Source of the DNA: Polyangiaceae bacterium
Lineage (GTDB): Bacteria; Myxococcota_A; Polyangia; Polyangiales; Polyangiaceae
Reading direction: 5' to 3'
DNA: 64,000 bases
NCBI GenBank assembly: GCA_044376115.1
Contig: JBILLK010000010.1
Span: 160,001-224,000 of the forward strand
Shown: one piece after another, positions 42,151 through 52,292 of the stretch
Numbering within the stretch: the stretch's first letter is position 1
How the letters are laid out: each line of letters starts with the position of its first letter
Notes under the pieces: generated by a model
The model's input: only the letters and a program-made list of their open reading frames with translations
Told to the model about the DNA's origin: nothing
Databases searched by the model: none
Made by a program: the position numbers and the translations under genes

Positions 42151-43524
42151 CTACTTCACCGCAAAGGGAGTGGCAACGGAGCGCGCGACGTCAGCTCCAC
42201 CACCCCATAACGACGTCTGGAAGTAGGCGGTAAACGCCATCCCCGGGTTGACGCTCTCGCCATCGAACACCACGGGTACGCCGAGCGTCAGTAGCGCGCC
42301 GCCCCCAGGCGCCCAGTTTACGCCAGCGGAGCCCATGGGCAGTACACTCTCGCCGCTCACGTCGACTGCTCCTTCAACGAACGGAGCAATGGTCTCGTTC
42401 ACCAGGATGAGAGATAGCGCGCTGGTAACGCCTGGCACAGCGTCCCCCTCCTCCGTGGGTACGTCCACGCGTCCACGTGCCGTTAGATTCATTGCCACGG
42501 CCCCGAAGTTGACGGCACCGGAGGCCTTCACATCCGGAGTGAGGGTACTCGAAGCAGCCTCCGAAGGTGCCGGTAACGCAACGCCAGGCGTCGCGGCGAG
42601 CGTTATGCCACTATCGGTATCGCTATAAAACGCGAACTGGGCACTCAAACCTACGTTACCAAGTCCGGTTACGCGCTCCGACTCCATGGGGCTCGAGGCG
42701 AACGGCACTGCCGCGCCGAGAGTCAACCAATCGGTGACTCCCAGAGTCGCAGACGGACCGAACGAAACCCCTGCATCTTCGGCGAGCTTGTCCATACCTA
42801 CCGAGCTCCCGATGCCAAAGGCACCTTCAGCAACGGTGTACGGCAACAATCCCAACACCACAGCGCCCATCACCGTCGTACTCGCGGCAGCAGGTTCCTC
42901 GGCCGGAGGAGCTGCAGCGGGAGCAACAGGCGAAACTGCGGCGCCAACAGGCGCGGCTTCATCTGCCGCCGCTGGTTCCTCCGCATCCGTGGGCGCTGCA
43001 ATAGCCTCGGGCTCAACGGCGCTTTCCAACGGCTCAACTGCCTCTTCAGCGCCGGGCTCGGTGCTCGCCACAGGCTCGGCACCATCATCCGACGCCACCG
43101 CGATAGGCTCCTCCCCAGGCACTGGCTCGGCGAAAGACGCTGTCTTGAACTCCGGTTCCGACGCAGCCTCCGACACCGCCAGCTCCGGCTCGATCGGTAC
43201 AAGCCTATAGCGAATTGGAGCTCCGTCGGGGCCGCGAGCCTCTACCACTGGCCCAGACGCCGGAGCCGAAGCCGGCTGCGACACCATCGGAGGAGCCTTC
43301 GGCTTTGCTTTTGCCTTAGCGACCTTGGCTTTGGGCGACGCCTTTGAAAGCTTTACCAACGAATCGAGTACACTACCCTCAGCTACCTTGCATTGGGTCG
43401 AAGTGTCACCCTGCTTCTCTGGCTCGCCCCACGCGTTTCCTGTCCACCCAAGCGTGACAGCCCCCGCAACAAAAACTAGCGCACAGTGTTGCCCAACCCG
43501 CGCCCCAGAAATGAATCTTCCCAT
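42151..43524 (-). CDS. secreted protein with Pro/Ala/Glu linker and C-terminal probable beta-barrel
   Basis: Signal peptide, long PAE-rich region, amphipathic strands (GLGNVGLSAQF...TAYFQ). Confidence 0.6.
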   Translation of the reverse strand: MGRFISGARVGQHCALVFVAGAVTLGWTGNAWGEPEKQGDTSTQCKVAEGSVLDSLVKLSKASPKAKVAKAKAKPKAPPMVSQPASAPASGPVVEARGPDGAPIRYRLVPIEPELAVSEAASEPEFKTASFAEPVPGEEPIAVASDDGAEPVASTEPGAEEAVEPLESAVEPEAIAAPTDAEEPAAADEAAPVGAAVSPVAPAAAPPAEEPAAASTTVMGAVVLGLLPYTVAEGAFGIGSSVGMDKLAEDAGVSFGPSATLGVTDWLTLGAAVPFASSPMESERVTGLGNVGLSAQFAFYSDTDSGITLAATPGVALPAPSEAASSTLTPDVKASGAVNFGAVAMNLTARGRVDVPTEEGDAVPGVTSALSLILVNETIAPFVEGAVDVSGESVLPMGSAGVNWAPGGGALLTLGVPVVFDGESVNPGMAFTAYFQTSLWGGGADVARSVATPFAVK

Positions 43525-43567
43525 GGGAACCTCCGTGTTCCTTCGCCGAAAACCGGCGCCTGACTCT

Positions 43568-43595
43568 GGTACGGCCCCCCGAGCGTCAAACTTTA
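43568..43595 (-). promoter_or_regulatory. sigma28/FliA-like promoter
   Basis: Minus strand TAAAGTTT-N12-GCCGTACC, 43 nt upstream of ATG 43524. Confidence 0.5.
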
Positions 43596-43667
43596 GACGG
43601 TGCTCGATCGCATCTCGCTAAACATTAGTTGGAATTACAGTTCACTGTTCGACCCTGATATGAACGG

Positions 43668-43697
43668 AAAAAGGCCAGCTCGGTTCGAGCTGACCTT
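43668..43697 (-). terminator. intrinsic terminator of the che operon
   Basis: Minus strand AAGGTCAGCTCG-AAC-CGAGCTGGCCTT-TTT. Confidence 0.75.
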
Positions 43698-43709
43698 CCT
43701 TGGTGACAA

Positions 43710-43731
43710 TTTGCGCCTGCGCAGGCGCAAA
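43710..43731. repeat. perfect 22-bp palindrome
   Basis: TTTGCGCCTGCGCAGGCGCAAA. Confidence 0.8.
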
Positions 43732-43750
43732 CAACGCATACACACTGGGC

Positions 43751-44233
43751 CTAATTGGCCATTAGAATCATCTTACCTGCAGCGTACCCCGTAACAGAGA
43801 CCTCCATTGCGTAGCGCGTAGGCGCCGTCATAAAGAACTTCTGTCGCTCTGGCGTTAGGGGCAGGTGACCGCGCCACTTCATGATCACGCGCGGAGAGTT
43901 TGCTCCGTTGAAAAAGCGCCCCGAAACGTTGAAGACCTCTTGAAGACTCTCCTCTAGCATCTCCTCGAGCTTCTTCGCTTTGACACTCTCATCAGCTATC
44001 CCCTTCGGTACAAGGGTTAGCGCCGCAGCAAGGCTTGCAGAGAGCTGCAGGTCCATCGCGCACGCTGCCGACAAGCTGCCGTCCTCACGGTCATAGGTGG
44101 CTACGCTGTAAAACCCCTCAGGCGTCTTGATCGGCGGCAAGTCCTTGATTTGAATTGCTCGACCGAGCAGATCCCTCAGGATCGGCATAACCTCCGCAGA
44201 ACGATGTACAGCAATCTTGGCAGGCGCACTCAT
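43751..44233 (-). CDS. CheX/CheC-like phosphatase-fold protein
   Basis: LAAALTLVP...LEESLQEVFNV (ExxN); AAGGAG RBS; directly after cheY. Confidence 0.6.
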   Translation of the reverse strand: MSAPAKIAVHRSAEVMPILRDLLGRAIQIKDLPPIKTPEGFYSVATYDREDGSLSAACAMDLQLSASLAAALTLVPKGIADESVKAKKLEEMLEESLQEVFNVSGRFFNGANSPRVIMKWRGHLPLTPERQKFFMTAPTRYAMEVSVTGYAAGKMILMAN

Positions 44234-44296
44234 CTCAATCTCCTTTGGCCCAGCGCAGCGGGCCTCTCTTGGCCATTGGGCACGCGCAGTACCCAA

Positions 44297-44336
44297 AGCC
44301 GATTTCGCCGAAGGCGGATGCAGTAAAACGAAGCTC
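44297..44336 (-). repeat. intergenic repeat copy A
   Basis: Minus strand ACTGCATCCGCCTTCGGCGAAAT matches 56863-56885 at 21/23. Confidence 0.65.
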
Positions 44337-44342
44337 TAACCC

Positions 44343-44699
44343 TCAGGTTCCAATCGCCATGATGAAGGCTTCAGGCGTGAATGGTTTGGAGATAACGAAC
44401 TCCGCACCGGCCGCACGGGCCTCCGTCTTGATGTGCTCGCTGACCTCGGAGGTGACGAACCCAAATCGGACCTTCTCACCGGACGCGCGAGCCGCCTTGA
44501 GCAGATCGATGCCCAGCATACGGGGCATATTCCAGTCCGACAGAACGAGATCCGGAGCCTCTGCCTTGATCGAAACGAGCGCCTCATCACCGTCGCATGC
44601 CTCGACGAAGGTACAATGCCCGTACCCTGCCTGTCGGAGGCAGCGAGTAACGATAAGTCGCATGGCTTTGCTGTCATCTACGATCAATATCTTCTTCAT
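44343..44699 (-). CDS. cheY: CheY-like single-domain response regulator
   Basis: VDDS, SDWNMP, FVTSE, SKPFT; 118 aa. Confidence 0.88.
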   Translation of the reverse strand: MKKILIVDDSKAMRLIVTRCLRQAGYGHCTFVEACDGDEALVSIKAEAPDLVLSDWNMPRMLGIDLLKAARASGEKVRFGFVTSEVSEHIKTEARAAGAEFVISKPFTPEAFIMAIGT

Positions 44700-44724
44700 A
44701 TGCTCTCCAGCGTCGATACATTCA

Positions 44725-44751
44725 ATAGCGGCACAACGAACTAAAAGTTGA
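44725..44751 (-). promoter_or_regulatory. sigma28/FliA-like promoter
   Basis: Minus strand TCAACTTT-N11-GCCGCTAT versus consensus TAAAGTTT-N11-GCCGATAA. Confidence 0.55.
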
Positions 44752-44771
44752 GCTTGGCAGCAAAAATGCTT

Positions 44772-45830
44772 TCAAGCGGATGCGCGCGACTCATCAATGC
44801 GGCCTGAGCGCCACCACTTCAGCGCCGCCTCAGACATCCTGTCTAACCCTAGTACGGCCTCCGCGGCTCCCATCTCAATAGCGACCCGAGGCATTCCCCA
44901 AACTACTGAACTCGCTTCATCCTGCGCAACGGTCCGTGCCCCAGCCATACGTAGCGCGCCCAACCCGCGAGCCCCATCCGACCCCATCCCCGTTAGCAGC
45001 ATCCCCATCGCGTTGGCGCCAGCACACTTAGCGGCCGATTGGAAGAGCACGTCCACACTGGGCCGGTGGTGCTGCACCGGACCTGAGTCTTCTATCTTGA
45101 TTTGATAGTGGGCACCGTTACGCACGACGGTTGTGTGCCGGCCCCCAGGGGCGACCAAGATAGATCCTTGGACCACAGGGTCGCCGTCCCTCGCCTCGCG
45201 TACCGTCATGGAGCATAATCCGTCCAGTCGCCGCGCAAAGGGCCCGGTGAAGTCGGAGGGCATGTGCTGCACTATCACTGTGGCAGGTCCGTCCGCGGGG
45301 AAGGCTGGTAGGATATCTTCGAGCGCCCGGGTACCGCCCGTCGAGGACCCAATGCACAGTACTCGACCGGTCGTACGCAAGCCGCTGCTTGCTGCGCCCT
45401 TGATCGGTGAGCGAGCGGCGGCCGCCGCAATGGGACGCAGTTTAGCGGCGGCGGCGGCGCGAATGGCGGTCACCAGCTTGCCCGCAACGTCCGGAACGCT
45501 GAACTGACTGGAGGGTTTGCCAACGACATCAATGGCCCCCAGGGCTAGAGCTCGCAAGGCTGTCTCGCTGCCCTCTTGACTCAGCGAGCTAACGACGATC
45601 ACTCGCATGGGCATATGTTTCATGAGCTTCTCGAGAAAAGTGAGCCCATCCATCCTAGGCATTTCGATGTCGAGCGTTATGACGTCGGGTGTCAGCTCGA
45701 CGATTCGCTCACGAGCCACATACGGGTCGACCGCAGCACCCACTACCTGGATGTCAGGAAACTTCCCGAGCTCACGCGTAAGCAAGCGTTGAACAACTAT
45801 TGAGTCGTCGACGATCAAAACCTTGATCAT
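44772..45830 (-). CDS. cheB: chemotaxis response regulator methylesterase CheB (copy 2)
   Basis: REC (LDIEMP) plus GSSTGG, QHMP, HRPSVD, TGMGSDG. Confidence 0.95.
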   Translation of the reverse strand: MIKVLIVDDSIVVQRLLTRELGKFPDIQVVGAAVDPYVARERIVELTPDVITLDIEMPRMDGLTFLEKLMKHMPMRVIVVSSLSQEGSETALRALALGAIDVVGKPSSQFSVPDVAGKLVTAIRAAAAAKLRPIAAAAARSPIKGAASSGLRTTGRVLCIGSSTGGTRALEDILPAFPADGPATVIVQHMPSDFTGPFARRLDGLCSMTVREARDGDPVVQGSILVAPGGRHTTVVRNGAHYQIKIEDSGPVQHHRPSVDVLFQSAAKCAGANAMGMLLTGMGSDGARGLGALRMAGARTVAQDEASSVVWGMPRVAIEMGAAEAVLGLDRMSEAALKWWRSGRIDESRASA

Positions 45831-45908
45831 GAGCCTTACCTCTCTCCCCAGAGACCGTGACGCCTTGTACCCACGATCCTTCAGCGACACATTTCGTCTA
45901 GCATTCAG

Positions 45909-46958
45909 TCACAATGACTGTTCTTGCGCGGCTATGCGTGTTTGGGCCGCGGCGAAGTCCAATATGGCATTCGCCATCCGGTCCAAGGGAACAACGGCTT
46001 CCGCTGCCCCTCTATCAATTGCTGCTTTCGGCATACCAAACACGACGGAGGTATGCTCGTCTTGCGCAATCGTGCGGCTCCCCGCAGCGCGCATGGCCAT
46101 CATGCCCGCTGCGCCGTCGCAGCCCATTCCCGTCAGAATGATGCCCAAAGCATTGGACTTGGCACAACGCGCAACCGAATTGAAGAACACGTCCACGCTG
46201 GGGCGGAAGTGGTTGACCGCCTCATCGTCACTGAGCCGAACGTAGTATCGACCGCCCCTGCGCTCGAGCATGAGGTGACGCCCTCCAGGTGCAATCACCA
46301 CCCGGCCGACAGCGAGTGGCATGCCGTCTATTGCTTCAGCCACCTGCATTGCGCAATAGCCATTGAGCCGTTCTGCAAACGATGCCGTAAACTGCGGCGG
46401 CATATGTTGCACCACGACGATGGCTGGCCCGTCGGCGAGCATACTCGGCAGAATCGCCTCCAAGGCCCGAGTGCCTCCGGTGGATGACCCGATGCACACG
46501 AGCTTTCCCATCGTGCTCATCGTTTTGGCTTCTGGCGGGGCTTGCGAAGCGGGGGCGGCAGTCCGCACGTTTGCTAGTGATGCAGCACGTACAGCGTTGG
46601 CAAGGCGGCCCACTACGTCTGGCACACTGAACTGGCTCGATGGCTTGGCCACGACATCAATGGCCCCGAGAGACAGCGCCCGTAGCGCAATCTCGCTACC
46701 CTCCTTGGATAGGGAGCTTACGATCACCACTCGCATGGGGTGATGCTTCATCAACTTCTCAAGGAAGGTCAGCCCGTCCATCCTTGGCATATCAATGTCC
46801 AAGGTGATGACATCGGGATTCAGTTCGGCGATTTTCTCCCTCGCCTCGTAGGGGTCAGCGGCCATGCCAACGACCGAGATCCCCCCCGCAGTGGATAATC
46901 CCTGCGCAATCGACTTACGCACGACAACCGAGTCATCCACCACCAGGACGCGAATCAT
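45909..46958 (-). CDS. cheB: chemotaxis response regulator methylesterase CheB (copy 1)
   Basis: REC (LDIDMP) plus GSSTGG, QHMP, FRPSVD, TGMGCDG. Confidence 0.95.
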   Translation of the reverse strand: MIRVLVVDDSVVVRKSIAQGLSTAGGISVVGMAADPYEAREKIAELNPDVITLDIDMPRMDGLTFLEKLMKHHPMRVVIVSSLSKEGSEIALRALSLGAIDVVAKPSSQFSVPDVVGRLANAVRAASLANVRTAAPASQAPPEAKTMSTMGKLVCIGSSTGGTRALEAILPSMLADGPAIVVVQHMPPQFTASFAERLNGYCAMQVAEAIDGMPLAVGRVVIAPGGRHLMLERRGGRYYVRLSDDEAVNHFRPSVDVFFNSVARCAKSNALGIILTGMGCDGAAGMMAMRAAGSRTIAQDEHTSVVFGMPKAAIDRGAAEAVVPLDRMANAILDFAAAQTRIAAQEQSL

Positions 46959-47398
46959 GAGGTGGGCTGCTCGCGAAAGAGCCGCACAACAATGCTTCCG
47001 CCGTCGAAGCTCGCTTCCGCTATAGGAGCGAGAGACGCGCGCTTGAACTTACCTTCATCACACGGAGCGGGCGACGACAACGCGAAGACGACGTCCTTTG
47101 ATTCAATCTCGGGCAGTGCGTTACCGCAGACCACGTTAGCAATCTCAAGCAACGCCTGATTGCTATCTTCCTTGGTCAATGCGTCTTCGCCCAGCAGGCT
47201 CTCTGTTAGCTCTCCCAGCAGGCCAGGAGCCAAGCCAATCACCATCTCCCCTCTCCAATGACCCTTGATGCCAACGCGTGCGTATGCCGCCTCAGCAGTA
47301 TCTGCAGGCCAATCAGGGTCTGGCTCCGCGCAATGAAAGCATAGTTCATCGAGGGTTCTAACCACGACCGAAGACAGCACAGAGTTTGCGTTAGGCAT
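46955..47398 (-). CDS. cheX: CheX family phosphatase
   Basis: GHWRGEM...LLG...ALLEIANVVCGN (ExxN), LSSP. Confidence 0.8.
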   Translation of the reverse strand: MPNANSVLSSVVVRTLDELCFHCAEPDPDWPADTAEAAYARVGIKGHWRGEMVIGLAPGLLGELTESLLGEDALTKEDSNQALLEIANVVCGNALPEIESKDVVFALSSPAPCDEGKFKRASLAPIAEASFDGGSIVVRLFREQPTS

Positions 47399-47777
47399 GA
47401 CCTCTCCCAGCAAGCGCAACTACAATGGCGTCGAGCAACCCTTCAGGAGTGAAGGGCTTGCGTACAAAGCCGGCGCTCAATTCCTTGACCCGGTCAATAC
47501 GTGGCTCGCTCCCTTCTGTGCTCACTACGACCACAGGCAAGTCCGCCGTCTTGGCGCTCGATCGCAGAGACTCGAGGGCCTCGATCCCGCCCATGATTGG
47601 CATATTGAGATCGAGCAGCGCAAGGTCGATAGGGGATCTGCCGACGACATCCAGCGCCTCTTGCCCATTCTCTGCCTCGTGTATTGCAGTTATCGGCAGG
47701 CCGCTCAGTCCGAGAGCACGCTTCACAATGCGGCGCATGGTCGCGCTATCATCAACAACTAATACATTGAGAGCCAT
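47391..47777 (-). CDS. cheY: CheY-like response regulator
   Basis: VDDS, LDLNMP, VSTEG, RKPFT; AGGAGG RBS. Confidence 0.88.
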   Translation of the reverse strand: MALNVLVVDDSATMRRIVKRALGLSGLPITAIHEAENGQEALDVVGRSPIDLALLDLNMPIMGGIEALESLRSSAKTADLPVVVVSTEGSEPRIDRVKELSAGFVRKPFTPEGLLDAIVVALAGRGHA

Positions 47778-47779
47778 TC

Positions 47780-48313
47780 TCACGCCTCCTGAGTAAGCCG
47801 AGTCACTGCTTGATCTGTCTTGAGCAAGACTTCCCCGGTATCGATTCGTAACGCCATGGTCCTTGGGATGTTGCCGCCCACCTGCTGGGCCTTGATCAAG
47901 ATCCCATTCTTCCAGAGGATCTTGCGCAGCATTGTAATGTTGCGCTGGCCGATATTGAAGCTTGAGTCCTGCATCGCTCCGAGCGCAGCCCCACCAGCAA
48001 CGCAGACGACCAACCGCTGTTTGACCGCCCCAAGTGCATACGCCTCTCGAAATAGGCGCGGCACTCCGGTGTCGATGAACATGTCCGGGTTAGACGCTGC
48101 CTTCTCAGGCGAAGTATTGGAATCAGGGAGCATCACGTGCAGCAATCCGCCCACATGCTCTACCGGGTCCCAAACGGTCACCCCCAAACAACTACCCAGC
48201 GCATAGGTCATTAGCAGCTCACCTTTACCGCGTGAGACTTTGGACCCAGCCATCGGCACAATTACTTGGTGACCGGCCAGTGGGTTAGTGGCTGTTTGCT
48301 CTACGGCTAGCAT
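47780..48313 (-). CDS. cheD: chemoreceptor glutamine deamidase CheD
   Basis: LGSCLGV, GGLLHVMLP, GGA, IGQRN, VGG..PR. Confidence 0.93.
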   Translation of the reverse strand: MLAVEQTATNPLAGHQVIVPMAGSKVSRGKGELLMTYALGSCLGVTVWDPVEHVGGLLHVMLPDSNTSPEKAASNPDMFIDTGVPRLFREAYALGAVKQRLVVCVAGGAALGAMQDSSFNIGQRNITMLRKILWKNGILIKAQQVGGNIPRTMALRIDTGEVLLKTDQAVTRLTQEA

Positions 48314-49149
48314 CGGGTGTACACCGCTGGCCTTTCGTATTGAAGGCCGTTGTCGCTCTGGCCTAGGGACTCTGAGTGCCCAATGAACAGAAAGCCCCCT
48401 GGCTCAAGCATTTCGCGGAACCTGCGCGCCAGCCCAAGCTGAGTCGGTTTATCAAAGTAAATCATCACGTTCCGACAGAAGATCAGGTTAAAGCGGCCTC
48501 GCATCGGAAACGGGTCCAACAGATTGAGCCGAGCAAAGGAAACGAGGTCCCTTACCTTCGGGACAACACACTGCTCGCGGGCGCTGACTTGCTCAAAGTA
48601 GCGAGAGCGAATCGCGGCGGGTACGTCGGCAACTGTCTCATTGGCGTAGGTAGCCTTGCGCGCCTTCTCCAGCACCACCGCTGAGAGATCCGTTGCTAAA
48701 ATCTTGGTCTTCCGGGCCAGGGCCGGAGCGGCCTCGAGCATCGTCATACCAATCGTGTAGGGCTCTTCCCCTGAAGAGCAGGCGGCACTCCATATGCGCA
48801 CCTCACTGTTCTGACTCAGCCACTGAGGAATCAGCGTCTCGCGCATCAAGTCGAAGTGAGCTGGCTCGCGAAAGAAGTTCGTCTTATTGGTGGTGAGCAC
48901 GTCCACCATTTGCGCGAGCTCGACCTTGTTGGAGGCGACGAGCTCCATGTAGGCCTCGAATGAGCCGAGGCCACGAGCCTTTAGTCGCTTGGAGAGCCGC
49001 GACTGCACCAGCTCTTCCTTGCCCTCCTTCAGGACAATCCCAGACAGCTTGTACAAGAGGTCGCACACCTTGACGAACACGGCTGGACTGAGTTTGGCCG
49101 CCGGAGCCATCGGATCGAAGTGAGTTGTCATTCGCTGGTCGCTCGACAT
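48307..49149 (-). CDS. cheR: chemotaxis methyltransferase CheR
   Basis: TTNKTNFFRE, WSAACSSGEEPY, FCRNVMIYF, IGHSE. Confidence 0.96.
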   Translation of the reverse strand: MSSDQRMTTHFDPMAPAAKLSPAVFVKVCDLLYKLSGIVLKEGKEELVQSRLSKRLKARGLGSFEAYMELVASNKVELAQMVDVLTTNKTNFFREPAHFDLMRETLIPQWLSQNSEVRIWSAACSSGEEPYTIGMTMLEAAPALARKTKILATDLSAVVLEKARKATYANETVADVPAAIRSRYFEQVSAREQCVVPKVRDLVSFARLNLLDPFPMRGRFNLIFCRNVMIYFDKPTQLGLARRFREMLEPGGFLFIGHSESLGQSDNGLQYERPAVYTRC

Positions 49150-49174
49150 GGCAGCTTCCTTGTTTCAGTCCGAC

Positions 49175-51742
49175 TCAGAACTCAGCGAGGGCAGCGGTCC
49201 CCTCTGCGTCATCGAAGGGAATCAGGTGCGAGGCAGACTTGGCGCTTGAGACCTTCATCGGGGGCGGCCGAATCGAGATCACCTTGGCTGACTTGCGAGG
49301 CATCGAAGGAGCGGTGGCGCGCGGGGGATTTCTGCGTTGGGAAGCCATGGGTACCCGGCCTGAGCCCTGCGACTGGACCTTGAACGCCGCGACGAGGTCG
49401 CGCATCGACTCGGCTTGACCACTGAGCTCCTCCGCGGCGCTGGCGGACTCCTCGGTAGTAGCCGCGTTCTGTTGGGTGGCGCGGGAGATCTCCTCCACGG
49501 TCGAGTTTGCGCCGCCGATGCCAATCGCCTGCTGATCCGCGGCCACGGCGATCTCCGCCATAACCTCGACCACGCGGCCGACGTGTCCACTTATCTCTTC
49601 GAGACTTCGAGCCACGCCCGAGTTGAGCACCACACCACGCTCCGCGCTCTTGACTGCGTCCTCAATCATTTGGGAGGTCGTGCGGGCAGCTTCTGCGCTT
49701 CTCATCGCTAGACTGCGCACTTCTTCCGCGACGACCGCGAAGCCCTTCCCTGCGTCCCCTGCGCGAGCCGCCTCGACGGCCGCGTTTAGGGCAAGCAGGT
49801 TGGTTTGGAATGCGATCTCATCAATGGTCTTTACGATCTGCGCGGTGCGGTCACTGGCGACCTTGATCTGTTCGATTGCTTTAGAAAGCTCCTGCATGCT
49901 GCGCCCGCCCTTGTTGGCGGACTCGCTGGCGGCTTGAGCCATGCTCCTCGCCTGCTGCGCATTGCCAGCCGTTTGACGACCGGTGGAGCTAATCTCTTGC
50001 AACCGCGTGGTAACTTGGTCAAGCGAACTCGCCTGCTCCGTAGCGGTCTGAGCCAGAGACTGATTGCCAATCGTGATTTCGCCAGCGGCTGTGCTTACCT
50101 GGTCAGCGGCGACGAGCACTTGGGAGAGAGCGCCCTCGAGGTTGTCGAGCGCGGAGTTCATAGAGGTCTTAATTACCTCCCAATCGCCATCGTATTGCCC
50201 CTTCATGCGCACCATGAGGTCCCGGTCGGCGACCCGTGACAGCACGGTCTTGGCCTCGTCGATTGGCGCCTGACAGCCAGCGAGCAGCTCGTTGAGGTTG
50301 AGCATCATCTCGCGGTATACGCCGTCATATCCTGCGGTGTCCGCTCGGTCCGAGAGCCGGCCAGCGCGGGCCGAGCCAATGAGCACCTTGGCCTGGTCCA
50401 TCATGCGTTTGAGCGAGTCTTGGGCTTTGATGAAGCTCGAGGCGAGGACATCCCGCTCCGAGCGTCGCACTGGCGACTTGGACAAATCGCCGCGCGATAG
50501 GGCGTTTGCAGCGTCGGCGTTCTCGCGAATGAAACTGGTCACGCCCCGTAGCGACTCAGCAAGTTCACCGATCTCATCGCCGCTCTGGAACTCGATCTTC
50601 TGGTCAATGTCGCCCCCCGCGACATTCTTGGCTGCATCGGTCATCGCTTTGATCGGTGTGGAAATCTTGCGGACGAGCACGAACGCAGAGGCAGCCATCG
50701 CAATCAGGCAGAGGCCGAGCGAGCCTATAATCGTGCGTTGAACGTTGCGAACGCTCGCCAAGGCCTCTGACTCGTCAGCCGAGACGATGATTGCCCAGTT
50801 CATCCCTGGGTAGCCCATGGCCCCGCGCAGATGTGCGAAGCCCGCCACCCTGGTTGCCTCACCTTTTTTGCTGTACTCGCCGATTCCGTTTTTACCTGCG
50901 ATGGCCTCTCGCAACACGTTGCTAGCGGGGTCAAAGTCAACAGGCTGGAGATGTGGGAAGTTGGGAACCTCTCCGCCGCCAGACAAGGCAAAGATGCCTT
51001 TGCCCGCCGCATCCACGAGCAACAATCTAGCGCTGGGCGTTCCACTCTCTGCCAGCTGACTGAAGCCCGAACCAGCGACGTCATCCAGCGATTCTAAATC
51101 TAGATAGTTGATCCAAGCGCCAACGACCTCGCCGTTCCTACCCTTGATGGGCGACGCGAAGCCCATCGTGGGCTCGCCTTGGGTAACGAACGGAGCAACG
51201 TCTTCGTTGAAGTGAACGTCTACGATCACAGTGCCGGAGGCCACGTCATTGCCCGGAGCGGAATAGGGCATATTGGTGGTGAAGCGGCCATTGATGGAAT
51301 CAGTCAGCCAGCTCGCGCCCTTGTAGTTCTTCTCCCAAATGGGTGCCGTATTGACAGCGCGCTCCTTGGCGTCTTTGGAGTTGACGGCGATGACCTTGCC
51401 CTCCAAGTCGACGGCGATCATGAGCGAGTAGACACCGTATAGCCGCATATAGTCGTTCATCGCGCGAACGACGTCGTTCTTCTCGTCCGAACGTTGATAC
51501 CAAGCAGCCTTATTGTGCACGGCATCGTTCACCGTGAAGGCCTGGACATCTCCGTAGCGTTCGAACAGAAAGCGGTCGATCGTGTCGGCAGCATTCTCCG
51601 CCTTGAGCGAGTATCCCTCTGCCACTGACTGCGAGAGATCGCTACTCCACCGTATGGAAATGAGGCCAAGCCCCAGCACGGGCAGCAAGGAGAGACCCAT
51701 GGCCACCGCGATTTTCGACTTCAGCTTTAACGAATCGAGCAT
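49175..51742 (-). CDS. methyl-accepting chemotaxis protein with periplasmic Cache-like sensor, HAMPs and C-terminal pentapeptide
   Basis: Two TM helices flanking a ~330 aa domain, [20 protein letters not shown], ends ALAEF; GAGGAG RBS before ATG 51742. Confidence 0.93.
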   Translation of the reverse strand: MLDSLKLKSKIAVAMGLSLLPVLGLGLISIRWSSDLSQSVAEGYSLKAENAADTIDRFLFERYGDVQAFTVNDAVHNKAAWYQRSDEKNDVVRAMNDYMRLYGVYSLMIAVDLEGKVIAVNSKDAKERAVNTAPIWEKNYKGASWLTDSINGRFTTNMPYSAPGNDVASGTVIVDVHFNEDVAPFVTQGEPTMGFASPIKGRNGEVVGAWINYLDLESLDDVAGSGFSQLAESGTPSARLLLVDAAGKGIFALSGGGEVPNFPHLQPVDFDPASNVLREAIAGKNGIGEYSKKGEATRVAGFAHLRGAMGYPGMNWAIIVSADESEALASVRNVQRTIIGSLGLCLIAMAASAFVLVRKISTPIKAMTDAAKNVAGGDIDQKIEFQSGDEIGELAESLRGVTSFIRENADAANALSRGDLSKSPVRRSERDVLASSFIKAQDSLKRMMDQAKVLIGSARAGRLSDRADTAGYDGVYREMMLNLNELLAGCQAPIDEAKTVLSRVADRDLMVRMKGQYDGDWEVIKTSMNSALDNLEGALSQVLVAADQVSTAAGEITIGNQSLAQTATEQASSLDQVTTRLQEISSTGRQTAGNAQQARSMAQAASESANKGGRSMQELSKAIEQIKVASDRTAQIVKTIDEIAFQTNLLALNAAVEAARAGDAGKGFAVVAEEVRSLAMRSAEAARTTSQMIEDAVKSAERGVVLNSGVARSLEEISGHVGRVVEVMAEIAVAADQQAIGIGGANSTVEEISRATQQNAATTEESASAAEELSGQAESMRDLVAAFKVQSQGSGRVPMASQRRNPPRATAPSMPRKSAKVISIRPPPMKVSSAKSASHLIPFDDAEGTAALAEF

Positions 51743-51755
51743 GATACTCCTCGGG

Positions 51756-52277
51756 TCACTTGAAAAATGGGTCGTCACTTCCGGTTGAGCCTGCGCTGCG
51801 CGCACGCAGGACATCGGAGGTGGATAAGGCCTTATCGATATCGAGCAACAATCGGACTTTGCCCCCCGTAGTGCCGATTCCTAGTAAGTAGTCTGTCCGC
51901 ACCTGGCTGCCGAGGTTGGGGGCCGCATCAACGGACTGCTCCTGCAGGTCGACCACCTCGGAGACTTGGTCCACCACGATGCCCATCTCGAAGTCGTGTG
52001 TCTGAACCACGACGATGCAGCTGCGTTCACCCGTCTCGACGGGTGACATGCCAAACTTCACCCGCAGATCACAGACAGGAATGATCTTCCCGCGCAGGTT
52101 GATGACACCGCGCAGCCAACTCTCCGTGCCGGGGACCATTGTAATGGCCAACATGCCAATGATTTCTCGGACCACGAGAATCGGCAGGCCATACTCCTCT
52201 TTACCTAGGTAGAAGGTGAGGTACTTACCGCCGAAACCGCGACCATTCTCTCTGCCTAAACCGGCCTCACGCGCCAT
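51756..52277 (-). CDS. cheW: CheW adaptor
   Basis: [30 protein letters not shown]. Confidence 0.95.
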   Translation of the reverse strand: MAREAGLGRENGRGFGGKYLTFYLGKEEYGLPILVVREIIGMLAITMVPGTESWLRGVINLRGKIIPVCDLRVKFGMSPVETGERSCIVVVQTHDFEMGIVVDQVSEVVDLQEQSVDAAPNLGSQVRTDYLLGIGTTGGKVRLLLDIDKALSTSDVLRARSAGSTGSDDPFFK

Positions 52278-52292
52278 CGAGTCCTCCTTCCC

